Notes: generated by a model not told the origin, from the sequence alone. DNA of 64,000 bases from Actinomycetota bacterium (GCA_030018275.1 JASEGB010000001.1:4380-68379), one strand, 5' to 3'; shown: positions 19,446 through 29,770, counted from the stretch's first letter. Numbers and translations: made by a program.

Positions 19446-19799
19446 CTATTCCTTCCCCTCCGCTCGTCTCTTCGCCTTTATTATGTCGATTACGTGAAGG
19501 AGGAGCTCTCTTTCCTCCTCTGAATATTTGGGATCGGACATGAGCATGGCTTCAATATCGTAACTTTGGGAAGGCTGGGGTGTGAAAGTCTCGCCAAGCA
19601 AGAAGGAGACTGGCACACCGTAAAAATCCGCGATTCTTTTTAAACGCGAAGCACAAATCCTTCTCCTGCCACTTTCGTACATTGCTAGGATCGATTCTTT
19701 GAACTCGCCGCTGGTTAATTTCTCCACATCTTTGCGGCTTAATCTTTTGCTCTCTCGAACATTCCTCAAGCGAAGACCAATTTCATTGTCGTAATACAT
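19446..19799 (-). CDS. XRE-family HTH transcriptional regulator (ImmR-like)
   Basis: Cro/C1-type HTH (LRNVRESKRLSRKDVEKLTSG...). RBS gtgaggag. Confidence 0.7.
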   Translation of the reverse strand: MYYDNEIGLRLRNVRESKRLSRKDVEKLTSGEFKESILAMYESGRRRICASRLKRIADFYGVPVSFLLGETFTPQPSQSYDIEAMLMSDPKYSEEERELLLHVIDIIKAKRRAEGKE

Positions 19800-19982
19800 T
19801 TGATGCTCCTCACTATTTGTACAGTTTCTGCTCTATTTTTATCGAGAAATGTCTCTTTGAACTTTAAATTTTTTAGCATACTTTACAAATAGTAAAACCT
19901 CTCCTACCCGTGAGATAAGAGAGATCCACTAATATCCTGCTCGCAGTCAAACCGCAAGCAAAATCGGGATGCGAGTTACGAG

Positions 19983-20783
19983 TTACGAGTGAATTTTTTT
20001 AAGTATCGCTTTTATCAATCCTTCAATGGTGTACTCTTCGGCTATTACATCGACCTTTAGACCAAGGTCCTGGGTGGTACTCGCGGTGATCGGTCCAATG
20101 CAAGCCACCATCACCTTTTGAAGCATACTTTTAAGGTCGATGCCTTCAAGAAGGCGAACGAAATTTTTGACCGTGGAAGAGCTGGTGAAAGTGATAATAT
20201 CAATTTCACCTCGAGATAGTATCTGTTTAACTCCACTTACGTGGGAGTCATCGATGACCGTCCGGTACGCCGTTACTACATCCACGCTTGCTCCCAGCTC
20301 CCTCAGTCCTTGGGAGAGGATTTCCCGTGCTTTTTCGGCTCGGGGAATGAGGATGCTGGTCCCTTCCACCTCTCCCCCCTTGAACCCTTCTATAATCGAT
20401 TCGGCGCAATATTCTCGGGGAATATAATCGGTGGTGAGACCCCACCTCTTTAGCTCTCGACCAGTTGCTGGACCGATGGCGGCGATTTTTATCCCTTTAA
20501 GTTCCCGCACATCTTTCCCCTTGTGATAGAATCTCTCCATAAAAAAGGAGACTCCATTCACGCTGGTGAAGATGATCCAGTTGTACCTCCGAAGGTCGGC
20601 TATAGCATCGTCCAAAGCTTTAAAATCCTCCGGTGGCAAAATTTTAATGGTCGGAAATTCTACGACTTCGGCTCCAAGCTCCTCTAATGCCTGGATAAAA
20701 TCACCGGCTTGAGCTCTGGACCTGGTGACCAAAATCTTCTTTCCAGAAAGGGGTTTATTCTCAAGATATACCTTCCCCGCCAT
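19983..20783 (-). CDS. hemD: Uroporphyrinogen-III synthase
   Basis: HemD fold signature (KKILVTRSRAQAGDFIQALEELGAEVVEFPTIKI...). Follows hemC. Confidence 0.8.
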   Translation of the reverse strand: MAGKVYLENKPLSGKKILVTRSRAQAGDFIQALEELGAEVVEFPTIKILPPEDFKALDDAIADLRRYNWIIFTSVNGVSFFMERFYHKGKDVRELKGIKIAAIGPATGRELKRWGLTTDYIPREYCAESIIEGFKGGEVEGTSILIPRAEKAREILSQGLRELGASVDVVTAYRTVIDDSHVSGVKQILSRGEIDIITFTSSSTVKNFVRLLEGIDLKSMLQKVMVACIGPITASTTQDLGLKVDVIAEEYTIEGLIKAILKKIHS

Positions 20784-20933
20784 GTGGCATTCTCACTTCC
20801 CAGCAAAACTTTTGTGTTTTCCCAAGTTGTGTAACAAATTTAAAATGCAAAGATCAAAAATCAAAATCACAGATCAAAATCCAAAAATTTTAGAACTTTT
20901 TGAATTTTACTTTGTCATTTTGCATTTTGCGTT

Positions 20934-21878
20934 TTAATTTGCCTTCTCGCTCAGGTGGCGGATTTCTTTCAGAATTTGATCTGCCCCTCGCTCAAGCAAT
21001 CTTGCGGCCAAAAGAATCCCAAGATCTTGGGCCCGAGAGGGATCACCAATGATGTTATCTTTAACCAACTTGCTGCCATCCAAGCTGGCAACAAGGGCAG
21101 TGAGCCTTAATTCACCATTCTGCACTTTCCCTAGGGCAGCGATGGGGACCTGACAACCTCCTCCCAGTCTCCTCATCAGCGCCCTTTCGGCCGAAATTGA
21201 AATCCAAGTTTCATGGTGATTGAGCTGCCTTGCAAGCTCAATCATCTCGTGATCATCGATTCTCGCCTCGATGCCAATGGCTCCTTGCCCCACCGCGGAG
21301 AGACAAATCTCCGTGGGAATCCTCTCGGTTACCCTCTCTGACCAACCCATGCGATCGATACCGGCTGCGGCCACGATTATCGCGTCGAACTGACCAGATT
21401 CTAGTTTCTTAAGTCTGGTATCGAGATTACCTCTAATGTCAACGAGCTTAAGATCAGGTCTGAAATGGAGAAGTTGGGCTTTACGCCTAAGACTGCTGGT
21501 AGCGATGACCGCCTCCCTGGGTAAATCCCGTAAGGGTATGTTGTCTCGTGAGATGAGTACATCTCGAGGATCATCACGCTGAAGTACAGCTGCGATAGTG
21601 AGTCCCAAGGGGATATCCGTGGGAACATCCTTCATGGAGTGGACGGCTAAATCTATCTCACCGCGCTCAAGGGCAAGTTCAATCTCTTTGACGAAAAGAC
21701 CCTTCCCCCCTATCTTTGCCAAAGGCGAATCCAGAATCTTATCTCCTCTGGTCTTTATCCTTTTAATACAAATTTCACGAGATACCAGGTCTTTAAGATT
21801 TTGAGCAACTAAATTTGTTTGCAAGAGCGCCAGTTGGCTTCCTCTGCTACCGATAACAATTTTTGAACGCTTACCCAT
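20934..21878 (-). CDS. hemC: Hydroxymethylbilane synthase (porphobilinogen deaminase)
   Basis: IGSRGSQLALLQT N-terminus and dipyrromethane cofactor Cys region. The track ORF is extended upstream only by in-frame heptad repeats; start placed at MGKRSKIV. Confidence 0.85.
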   Translation of the reverse strand: MGKRSKIVIGSRGSQLALLQTNLVAQNLKDLVSREICIKRIKTRGDKILDSPLAKIGGKGLFVKEIELALERGEIDLAVHSMKDVPTDIPLGLTIAAVLQRDDPRDVLISRDNIPLRDLPREAVIATSSLRRKAQLLHFRPDLKLVDIRGNLDTRLKKLESGQFDAIIVAAAGIDRMGWSERVTERIPTEICLSAVGQGAIGIEARIDDHEMIELARQLNHHETWISISAERALMRRLGGGCQVPIAALGKVQNGELRLTALVASLDGSKLVKDNIIGDPSRAQDLGILLAARLLERGADQILKEIRHLSEKAN

Positions 21879-23229
21879 GTAATCCTTTCCGCCCCTCGCC
21901 CTTCGTCCCTCGTCCCTCGCCCTTCGTCCCTCGTCCCTCACCCTTCGACCTTCCCCTCTCCATTGCCTCAAGATCGAAAAGATGACGGAGGGATTCTATA
22001 TACAGATATCCATCTTTGCGCCGAGAGCACTCCTTGATGCGGACGATGGGTTCATGGAGAAGCTTATTGATGATCACCCCGGTGAGTGCATTGATTATAT
22101 TTTTCTCCCTCTCGGATAGCTCTCCCAACTTATTCAAAGCCTTCTCCGTCTCCCCCTCTCTTATCAATTCAGCCCTCTTCCTTAAAGCGGCTATGGTTGG
22201 AACAACCTCAAGGGAACTGAGCCAGGCCATGAATTCTTCTACTTCCCTATCGATGATTAACTCAGCCTTCCTGGCCTCCCTAGCTCGCTCGGCTAGATTG
22301 GCGTCGGCCACGGATTGGAGATCATCTATGTCGAAGAGAAACACGTTGTAAATCTTGTTGACTTCAGGATCGATATCCCTGGGGACGGCTATATCGATCA
22401 AAAAGATGGGTTTAAATCTCCTTCTGCGCATCGCCTCGGCCACGGTTTTCTTCTTAACGATGTAATGAGGGGCTCCGGTGGAACTTATCACTATATCCGT
22501 ATCCACCATGTAATCGGGAAACTCATCGAATTTTACCGCCTTTCCGTGAAATCGGTTTGCTAATTCCACCGCTCGCTCATAGGTGCGGTTGGAAACGAGT
22601 ACGGATGTCACCCCATTGGCCACGAGGTGCTTCGCCGTAAGCTCACTCATCTCACCAGCACCTATTATCATCACGGTGCGACCAGCCAAATCCTCAAAGA
22701 CTTTTTTAGCCAATTCTACAGCCACATAGCTTACGGAAACAGCACTCTCTCCGATCCCGGTCTCCGTTCGCACTCTTTTGCCAACCTTAAAGGCGTGTCT
22801 GAAGAGCCTGTTGAAAATGACGCTGGTGGCGTGGGCTTCGAAAGCGTGAGCGTATGCCCCTTTGACCTGACCCAAGATTTGGGCTTCTCCCACAACCATG
22901 GAATCCAAGCTGGTAACCACCTCAAAAAGGTGGTGAATGACATCAATTGAGTGACGAAAGTACAGATGATTGCGGAACTTTTTTGGATCCAAATTGTGAT
23001 ACTGACTCAGGAATTTTATCAGATCCTCTTTCCCTCTATCGGGATCGTCGGAGACCGCATAGATCTCCGTTCGATTGCAGGTGGAAAGGATTACCCCTTC
23101 GCTGATATGGTCGTATTTTAGCAAGCATTGGAGGGATTCCTCCAGTTTGGATTCCGGAAATGTCAATTTTTCCCTGATCTCTACGGGAGCAGTCTTGTGA
23201 GAGAGTCCCATCACGATAATATGCATCAC
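21871..23229 (-). CDS. hemA: Glutamyl-tRNA reductase (C-terminal tail encoded by heptad repeats)
   Basis: GtrR signature (GLSHKTAPVEIREKL, NADPH-binding GAGEM). The tail ...KGEGRGTKGEGRGTKGEGRKG derives from CGTCCCT-type repeats. Confidence 0.9.
   Translation of the reverse strand: MMHIIVMGLSHKTAPVEIREKLTFPESKLEESLQCLLKYDHISEGVILSTCNRTEIYAVSDDPDRGKEDLIKFLSQYHNLDPKKFRNHLYFRHSIDVIHHLFEVVTSLDSMVVGEAQILGQVKGAYAHAFEAHATSVIFNRLFRHAFKVGKRVRTETGIGESAVSVSYVAVELAKKVFEDLAGRTVMIIGAGEMSELTAKHLVANGVTSVLVSNRTYERAVELANRFHGKAVKFDEFPDYMVDTDIVISSTGAPHYIVKKKTVAEAMRRRRFKPIFLIDIAVPRDIDPEVNKIYNVFLFDIDDLQSVADANLAERAREARKAELIIDREVEEFMAWLSSLEVVPTIAALRKRAELIREGETEKALNKLGELSEREKNIINALTGVIINKLLHEPIVRIKECSRRKDGYLYIESLRHLFDLEAMERGRSKGEGRGTKGEGRGTKGEGRKGLHG
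21892..21961. repeat. Tandem heptanucleotide repeat (CGTCCCT/CGCCCTT)x10 spanning the hemA 3' end, the intergenic spacer and the hemC 5' end
   Basis: cccctcg cccttcg tccctcg tccctcg cccttcg tccctcg tccctca cccttcg accttcc cctctcc. Confidence 0.85.
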
Positions 23230-23322
23230 TTAACCCGCTCCTTAAGTATCGCCAAATCAAATCCCTTTTATAATTTTACCCCGCTTGCTGGGCTTGGGCC
23301 AGCACCTGTGGCTCTAACCGCT

Positions 23323-24144
23323 CTAACCTCTAAACCCATGAAGGTAACTGACGTAGGGAACTATGGCAAACCTTATGGACATCACGCATAAAAATCCAAT
23401 GATCGCCAATATAGCCGCTCTCTTGCCCATCCAGCCCGCCGCGGCTCTGAGTAACAGATAAAAAGCATAAATCGACCAAGAAACCGCGGAAGCGACAACG
23501 ATGGGATCCCAAATTGTACCCCACACCTGGCGAGCCTGGATTGCCCCGGTGGCCACGCAAAGAGTGAAGAAGAGAAAACCAGCGAGTACAGCTCGATAGC
23601 CCACATCATCCAAAACTTCTAAAGAGGGCAGACGCCGGAATAGAATATTCGGTCTCCTCCCCTTCATCTGCCATTCCTGCAAGAGATAGAGCAGTCCGCA
23701 CCCGGCGGCGACGGTGAAGGCAGCGGAAGCGATGAAAATGAGCATGAAATGTACATCCACCAAGGAACTTCGCAATATTGAAAGGCGAGGTCCAGGCGGC
23801 TGATAATGACTCCAGGCTTTAACCAAAAACACGCAATTGATGGCGGTAATGAATATCCCCAAAACCTTGGACTTGGAGAAATATTCCACGAAAAGATAGG
23901 CCATGATCACGAGCCAGGCCACGGCGGAGAGGGACTCATAAGCCGTTGCTCCGGGAAGATGACCCGAAGCCAATCCTCGAAAAATCAAAGATGCCGTGTG
24001 CACCACCCATCCACCGATGGTCATTCCAGTAGCCAGACTACCGGCTATATGTCTTCTAGAAGCGAAGAAGTTAGCATACATTGCAAAAGCCAGAGCATAT
24101 ATAGCGAGAGCGAGCCAAAAAAGAAAAACGCTGATCCTCTCCAT
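23323..24144 (-). CDS. hemX: CcsA-like cytochrome c assembly membrane protein (HemX-type)
   Basis: Polytopic membrane protein with the W-rich motif WGTIWDPIV of the CcsA/CcmC/HemX family, directly upstream of hemA. Confidence 0.65.
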   Translation of the reverse strand: MERISVFLFWLALAIYALAFAMYANFFASRRHIAGSLATGMTIGGWVVHTASLIFRGLASGHLPGATAYESLSAVAWLVIMAYLFVEYFSKSKVLGIFITAINCVFLVKAWSHYQPPGPRLSILRSSLVDVHFMLIFIASAAFTVAAGCGLLYLLQEWQMKGRRPNILFRRLPSLEVLDDVGYRAVLAGFLFFTLCVATGAIQARQVWGTIWDPIVVASAVSWSIYAFYLLLRAAAGWMGKRAAILAIIGFLCVMSIRFAIVPYVSYLHGFRG

Positions 24145-24153
24145 GCCAACCTC

Positions 24154-24288
24154 CTACTTCTTTTTCTCAGCAACCTCCCGAAGAAGTTTCAACTCCCTGG
24201 AGAGATGGGCTAATCTTCTTTCGATGGTTAAAACGTAAAGGAAAAGGACGATCCAAACGGCAAAATAGGCTGCGATCAAATAGCGCAT
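24154..24288 (-). CDS. ccmD: CcmD-like heme exporter small subunit, 44 aa, below track threshold
   Basis: Minus-strand frame reads MRYLIAAYFAVWIVLFLYVLTIERRLAHLSRELKLLREVAEKKK, a single TM plus basic tail. Located between ccmC and hemX. Confidence 0.5.
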   Translation of the reverse strand: MRYLIAAYFAVWIVLFLYVLTIERRLAHLSRELKLLREVAEKKK

Positions 24289-24294
24289 TTCTCA

Positions 24295-24972
24295 TCAACC
24301 CCCAAGCTCACTTTTGATGTCCTCGATTTCATCCTTTATCTTCTCCAGACGATACCTCTCCTGCAAGAGACAGAAATAAAACAGGGTGAAAGCGACTAGG
24401 CACACGATCAATGCGGTGATCATGGGGGGCTCTAGCTCAATGCTGGTGGGCTTGATGACCAACGGATGGATTGTTCGCCACCATCTAATGGACATGAAAG
24501 ATATGGGAACGCTGATGAAAGCGGCGATTCCATATACGGCTGCGAATCTCGCCCGACGCATTTCCTCCTCAACGGATCTTCTGAGCAGCAAATATCCCGC
24601 ATAAAGTAACCACATGATGAGTGAAGTGGTAAGACGAGGTTCCCAAGTCCACCAAACCCCCCAAGCGGGCTTGGCCCATATTGGACCGGTGATGAGGACT
24701 AAAGCATCTATAACCAATCCAACCTCAGCGGAGCAGAGAGCTATGGTATCCCACCTCCTGTCCCTCCTCCAAAGGAATACGATGCTGCAAAGGAAGACCA
24801 CGAGGAAAGCAAGATAAGGGATCCAGGCCGTGGATACGTGGAAATAAAATATCTTCTGGAGGATGCCCATCTTCCTTTCAATGGGTGCATAAATGAAAAC
24901 CATATAAATGGCCAAAAGAATGGCAATGAAGGTAACTCCAGAGAGAATTTGAGCTTTTCTTTCCATGTTCAC
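24295..24972 (-). CDS. ccmC: Heme exporter protein C
   Basis: WWD domain WGVWWTWEPRLTTSL and conserved His residues. Confidence 0.8.
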   Translation of the reverse strand: MNMERKAQILSGVTFIAILLAIYMVFIYAPIERKMGILQKIFYFHVSTAWIPYLAFLVVFLCSIVFLWRRDRRWDTIALCSAEVGLVIDALVLITGPIWAKPAWGVWWTWEPRLTTSLIMWLLYAGYLLLRRSVEEEMRRARFAAVYGIAAFISVPISFMSIRWWRTIHPLVIKPTSIELEPPMITALIVCLVAFTLFYFCLLQERYRLEKIKDEIEDIKSELGG

Positions 24973-25649
24973 TCCTCTAAAACGTATTCAAAGGTCAAGA
25001 ATCCCACAAGCAAAAAAATGATATCATAAATTGCCAGCATTCTCAGCCAGATGAGAATATCAATCGAGAACTTTGAAGCGGTCATGATTAAACCCGTTAA
25101 TTTCACGGCGGCGATTAAAATCGGAATTATCACCGGGAAAAAGAGTATGGGCAACATGAGGTCCCTTGCCTTAGTATTGATGGAAATTGCCGAAAGCAAG
25201 GTGCCCACGGATGTGATCCCCACATTGCTCAAGATTATCACTAGAATCAGCAGCCAAAGGTTGGCTAAGGGAATCATTTTTATGAAGAATACAAAGAATA
25301 TGGGAAGAGCCAACATTTGAACGACGAAAATAAAGACCAGGCTGGAGAGAACCTTACCGAAATAAATCACCGCTCTATCCGTGGGGCAAAGCATCAAACC
25401 ATCCAGGCATCCTTCATCCTTCTCGTGGACGAAGATTCTGTTAAGCCCCAGCATAGCGGCGAATAGAAAGGCCGCCCACAAAATGCCCGCCGCGATCTCC
25501 ATTCCCTCAAAAATCTCTCCAAAAGCAAAGTGAAAGATGACCATGATAAGGATGACGAAGACGAGCATGGAATTGAGCATCTCTTTCGTTCTAATCTCTG
25601 CAGCGATATCCTTTCTGACGATGGTTAGAATCTGTCGAATATAGTTCAT
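24969..25649 (-). CDS. ccmB: Heme exporter permease CcmB
   Basis: 6-TM ABC-2 type permease. Overlaps ccmA and ccmC. Confidence 0.75.
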   Translation of the reverse strand: MNYIRQILTIVRKDIAAEIRTKEMLNSMLVFVILIMVIFHFAFGEIFEGMEIAAGILWAAFLFAAMLGLNRIFVHEKDEGCLDGLMLCPTDRAVIYFGKVLSSLVFIFVVQMLALPIFFVFFIKMIPLANLWLLILVIILSNVGITSVGTLLSAISINTKARDLMLPILFFPVIIPILIAAVKLTGLIMTASKFSIDILIWLRMLAIYDIIFLLVGFLTFEYVLEE

Positions 25650-26359
25650 TCGCTCACATACCTGGTGTAGATTTCCCTTAAATTTGCGATGTCAAGAGCA
25701 CGTTTCTCCCCCTGAAAAACCATCCTTCCTTCACTCAAGATAAGGATTGAGGTGGCATGCTCCAGACCCTTTTCCAAATTATGGGTGGCCATTATGAAAG
25801 TACGGTCTTCTCTCTTCAAATCCTCCAAGAGGTCATCGAGGATATCGGTGGCATGAGGATCGAGACCGCTGTGGGGCTCATCGAGAAGGAGGATGGACGG
25901 ATTGTGGAGCAGAACCCTGGCGATGGAGAGTCTCTGTTGCATCCCTCTAGAGAATGTTCGAACGACATCGAACTTTCGATGTCCCAACTCGACCTTCTCC
26001 AAAAGTTGAGAAATCCTCGCCTCCAAACCCCTAATGTCAAACATCCTACCGTAGAAAAGCAAATTTTCGTAGGCGGTTAAATCACCGTAAAGGAGTGGAT
26101 TGTGCGAAATCAAACCCATTCTTTCCCGAATGGCTATCGAATCCCTCCGGAGATCAAAACCATCTATCTTAACCGAACCCGAGGAGGGTAAAACAAGGGT
26201 GGCTAAAATTTTGATCAGCGTCGTCTTTCCCGCTCCATTTGGACCGATGATCGTCAGAAATTCGCCCTTCTCCAATTCGAAGTTTATGTCCTGTAATACC
26301 TTCCTCCGACCGAAAATTTTTGAAAGACCTTCAGCCCTTATTAGCGGAGAATCTTGCAT
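25646..26359 (-). CDS. ccmA: Heme exporter ATP-binding protein CcmA
   Basis: Walker A GPNGAGKTT, ABC signature LSRGMQQRLSIA, Walker B LLLDEP. Confidence 0.8.
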   Translation of the reverse strand: MQDSPLIRAEGLSKIFGRRKVLQDINFELEKGEFLTIIGPNGAGKTTLIKILATLVLPSSGSVKIDGFDLRRDSIAIRERMGLISHNPLLYGDLTAYENLLFYGRMFDIRGLEARISQLLEKVELGHRKFDVVRTFSRGMQQRLSIARVLLHNPSILLLDEPHSGLDPHATDILDDLLEDLKREDRTFIMATHNLEKGLEHATSILILSEGRMVFQGEKRALDIANLREIYTRYVSE

Positions 26360-26452
26360 CTCTCTCTCCTAGAATTAAGGTATATTATTAACAAGATGGG
26401 TTAACACTACTCCCTTAAATGTATGTGTAAACCAAACTCGTTAACAGTCCAA

Positions 26453-28381
26453 CTAAGGTTTTTGGACGGGCCAGAAGGCCAGGGCAGTGCCAATAAAAAG
26501 AAGAATACATCCAATCCAGAGCCAGGATACCAAGGGATTTATCATTACGTGCAGAAGGACTGAATGATCTCTACCAATCCTCTCCAAGGCTACAAAGATG
26601 TCTCTGAGCAAATTATCTTCGATGGCAACCCTTGCGATTGAAGTTTCCTCAATATAGTGGTAGACGATTCGAGGGGTGAGGACACCTTTTCTCTTTCCGC
26701 CTTCGTAAAGAGTCAGTCGCGCCCCCACGGTTTCCTTGTCCACTTCCCTCTCAAATGATATCTCCTCGTAACTTAACTTTATGTCTTTCACCTCGAAGGT
26801 TTCATTTTTTGCCAGCGACGTTTTAGTATCTATCTTATAAAAAGTGGTACCGATGAGCCCCACTACCATTATAACGATGGCCAGATGGGCGATTAATCCT
26901 CCGTATCTAGCCCTATTGGTGGAAACGAGATACCAAAGGGATACCAGAAGCCCTTTCTTCGTTTGCCTTCGCCGAGCCCTGACCTCTCGAATGAAGGTTT
27001 GTACCACTCCCACCGCGGCGAAAGCACAAATGAAAAAGGCGACACTCCCCTCCAAAGACCTGTCCCATGACAGATAGATGGCTATGGCGACGATCGCGCC
27101 AAGGATAATGGGGTAAAAGATATCTCTCTTGACCTTGGAAAAGGATGTCTGACGCCACCCCAATATGGGACAAATGCCCATCAGGAGTAGGTAAATGAGC
27201 CCCAGAGGTATGGCCAATCTGCCGTAAAATTTGGGACCGGGGGAAATCTGCTCTCCAATGACCAGCGATGAAAAAATGGGAAACATAGTCCCGATCAAAA
27301 TCACAAGGGCACAGAAGACCATGACCAGATTATTGAGATGAAAACCGTATTCCCTAGAGAGGAGGTTGACCTCCCCTTCGCCTCTGAAATCTTTATATGT
27401 GTAAATCAGTATCCCGAAGGATATCAGGAAGACAAGAATCATAAACCACAGAAAATAAGGACCGACGGGGGATACGCCAAAGGCATGCACGGAGGAGATG
27501 ATCCCACTGCGCGTAAGGAAGGTGGCCAGGATGCAAAGCAAAAATGTGGCGATGGTAAGTGTAACCGTCCACATCCTCAAGATCTTTCGCTTTCGATATG
27601 CAACGCAGGAATGGAGCAGTGCGGTACCGGTAAACCAGGGAAATAGGGATGCGTTCTCAACGGGGTCCCAGGCCCAGTAACCTCCCCAACCGAGTACCTC
27701 GTAGGCCCAAAGGCCGCCCAAAAATATTCCAACGCTTAGGAAAGTCCAGGCGAAAAGGGCCCATCTCCTACACCCCTCAAGCCAATCGATACCCCGTTCT
27801 CTGGTTAGCAGAGCCGCCATTGCCATGGCAAAGGGCAATGTGAAGCCAGCAAAACCCACAAAAAGAGTAGGGGGATGGAAGATCATCTGAAAGTGCTGAA
27901 GAAGAGGATTCAAACCTCGTCCCTCATGCATGAGGAAGGGAGCCTCCGTAAAGGGACTCACGGGAATGGCCAATAGAAGAATGAAGAAAGCCTGTACCAA
28001 TAGCAAAATGGATAATGCATAGAGGTCAAAAACATTTCTTTTACCCCAGACTATGAAGATCAGGGTGAAAAGGGATATGAGCCACAGCCAGAGGAGCAGA
28101 GAACCCTCTTGCCCAGCCCAGAAAGCGGCGATCGTGTAGGATAAGGGAAGAAGTGTACTCGTATGGTTGGCGACATAGGCAATGGAGAAATTCCTGTTCA
28201 CTAAGGCAACTAAAAGCACAAGGGAAGCTACGGTTATGAAAACGAAAGTTAAAATAGCGGCAGTTCGCCCAGCCTCAACATATTTTTTACGCCTTGTTTT
28301 GATCCCATATAAAAGAATACAAACCGCCGAAATGGAGACCAAAAGTGAAAGCCAGATTGCAACCTTTCCCAGTATGGCCAT
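26453..28381 (-). CDS. ccmF: Cytochrome c-type biogenesis protein CcmF (heme lyase)
   Basis: 642 aa polytopic protein with the WWD motif GGLWAYEVLGWGGYWAWDPVEN. Confidence 0.85.
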   Translation of the reverse strand: MAILGKVAIWLSLLVSISAVCILLYGIKTRRKKYVEAGRTAAILTFVFITVASLVLLVALVNRNFSIAYVANHTSTLLPLSYTIAAFWAGQEGSLLLWLWLISLFTLIFIVWGKRNVFDLYALSILLLVQAFFILLLAIPVSPFTEAPFLMHEGRGLNPLLQHFQMIFHPPTLFVGFAGFTLPFAMAMAALLTRERGIDWLEGCRRWALFAWTFLSVGIFLGGLWAYEVLGWGGYWAWDPVENASLFPWFTGTALLHSCVAYRKRKILRMWTVTLTIATFLLCILATFLTRSGIISSVHAFGVSPVGPYFLWFMILVFLISFGILIYTYKDFRGEGEVNLLSREYGFHLNNLVMVFCALVILIGTMFPIFSSLVIGEQISPGPKFYGRLAIPLGLIYLLLMGICPILGWRQTSFSKVKRDIFYPIILGAIVAIAIYLSWDRSLEGSVAFFICAFAAVGVVQTFIREVRARRRQTKKGLLVSLWYLVSTNRARYGGLIAHLAIVIMVVGLIGTTFYKIDTKTSLAKNETFEVKDIKLSYEEISFEREVDKETVGARLTLYEGGKRKGVLTPRIVYHYIEETSIARVAIEDNLLRDIFVALERIGRDHSVLLHVMINPLVSWLWIGCILLFIGTALAFWPVQKP

Positions 28382-28393
28382 CTTTTCCCCTCA

Positions 28394-28822
28394 TCATTTG
28401 GTGATATACTTGGAGGGACACCTGGCAAGAAGATTCTTCGCCCTTATCCCGACATCTCGTTCATAAATTCCTTCGGCGATGACCTCAGCATCCTCCTTGA
28501 AAGTGGAGGGTAAAATGCCTTTATAAAGAACAAGAATTTCTTCCTTTCCATCGAATATCTTAAACCTATAACCACCTTCTTTCTCCTCGAAGGAGCCCTT
28601 CACAACTTTACCGATGACCCTGACCGGTTTGCCGTGCAAAGACTCATCCATCTTTATCTCGCTAACCGTTCTATAATACAAGAAGGAGCCTCCCACCGTG
28701 GAATAGACCAGATAGCCCAGAAGGATGAGTACGATGACTACCGTTATGAGTATGCGGGTTCTTCTCTCCATATTCTCCTCCTCGATTGGCAAATAACAGC
28801 TTAATTCTACCAAAATTTTCAA
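28394..28822 (-). CDS. ccmE: Cytochrome c maturation heme chaperone CcmE
   Basis: N-terminal TM plus OB-fold (VRVIGKVVKGSFEEKEGGYRFKIFDGKEEILVLYKGILP). Confidence 0.8.
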   Translation of the reverse strand: MKILVELSCYLPIEEENMERRTRILITVVIVLILLGYLVYSTVGGSFLYYRTVSEIKMDESLHGKPVRVIGKVVKGSFEEKEGGYRFKIFDGKEEILVLYKGILPSTFKEDAEVIAEGIYERDVGIRAKNLLARCPSKYITK

Positions 28823-28839
28823 TCAAGAGACAAATAAAT

Positions 28840-29355
28840 TCAACTTATTTTGGTGGGAGCATTGGTGGGAGCACACTCCCCACCTCTTCCCCGAATGATT
28901 TCTATGCCATGGGGAATAGCAGGTAAGATGACATCTAAGCATTCCTTGACCGCCTTTGGACTTCCCGGAAGATTGATGATTAAAGTTTGCTTTCTTATTC
29001 CACTGACCGCCCTGGATAGCATGGCATGAGGAGTGACTTTCAGACTTTCATGACGCATGGCTTCGGCAAACCCCGGAACTTCCCTGTCGATGACGGCTTT
29101 TGTGGCCTCAGGTGTTACATCCCGGGGGGAGAGTCCCGTACCACCCGTGGTGAGTACGATATCTGCATCGATCTCATCCGCAAAATACCTCAACCTTTGT
29201 GAAATGATGTCAAATTCATCGGGGACTATCTCCTGATGGACGATTTCCGCTCCCAAAGAAGTCATTTTCTCGACAATAACTCTTCCGCTTAAATCCTCAC
29301 GTTCTCCTCGAAAACCCTTATCACTTACGGTTAAAATGGCAACCTTTATGTTCAT
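28840..29355 (-). CDS. moaB: Molybdenum cofactor biosynthesis protein B / MogA family
   Basis: MogA/MoaB fold (VAILTVSDKG...VLTTGGTGLSPRDVTPEAT). Confidence 0.8.
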   Translation of the reverse strand: MNIKVAILTVSDKGFRGEREDLSGRVIVEKMTSLGAEIVHQEIVPDEFDIISQRLRYFADEIDADIVLTTGGTGLSPRDVTPEATKAVIDREVPGFAEAMRHESLKVTPHAMLSRAVSGIRKQTLIINLPGSPKAVKECLDVILPAIPHGIEIIRGRGGECAPTNAPTKIS

Positions 29356-29356
29356 T

Positions 29357-29770
29357 TCAGCTCACCTGTATAACGGATTTGAAAATCCTTATTTCGTCTC
29401 CGATTTTTATTTTGCCGCCTTTAAGTACCTTTGCAAATATCCCCTCCTTGGGCATGATGCACTCCTTCACACGATAATAGATAGCACATTTGGTATGGCA
29501 TGTTTTCCCGTGTTGGGTAACTTCCAGTGTTATCCCCTCTCCAATTTTTAAGCGAGCTCCCACGGGAAGTGATAAAAGATCGACACCTCGTGTGGTTATA
29601 TTCTCCGCAAAATCGCCGGGACCGACATCGAATCCGAGCTTTTGCATCCTCTTTATGCTCTCCTCAGCGAGCAAACTCACTTGGCGATGCCATCCGCCGG
29701 CATGAGCATCGCCTTCCAATCCATGAGAAGCCAATATTTTGCAATGCCCAACTCTTTTCTTGCGAACGCT
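29357..29770 (-). CDS. MOSC domain protein
   Basis: VVSVNISAKK...GLEGDAHAGGWHRQVSLLAEESI...PGDFAENITT MOSC signature. The track ORF's N-terminal extension is heptad-repeat derived; start is approximate (GTG). Confidence 0.7.
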   Translation of the reverse strand, partial: SVRKKRVGHCKILASHGLEGDAHAGGWHRQVSLLAEESIKRMQKLGFDVGPGDFAENITTRGVDLLSLPVGARLKIGEGITLEVTQHGKTCHTKCAIYYRVKECIMPKEGIFAKVLKGGKIKIGDEIRIFKSVIQVS

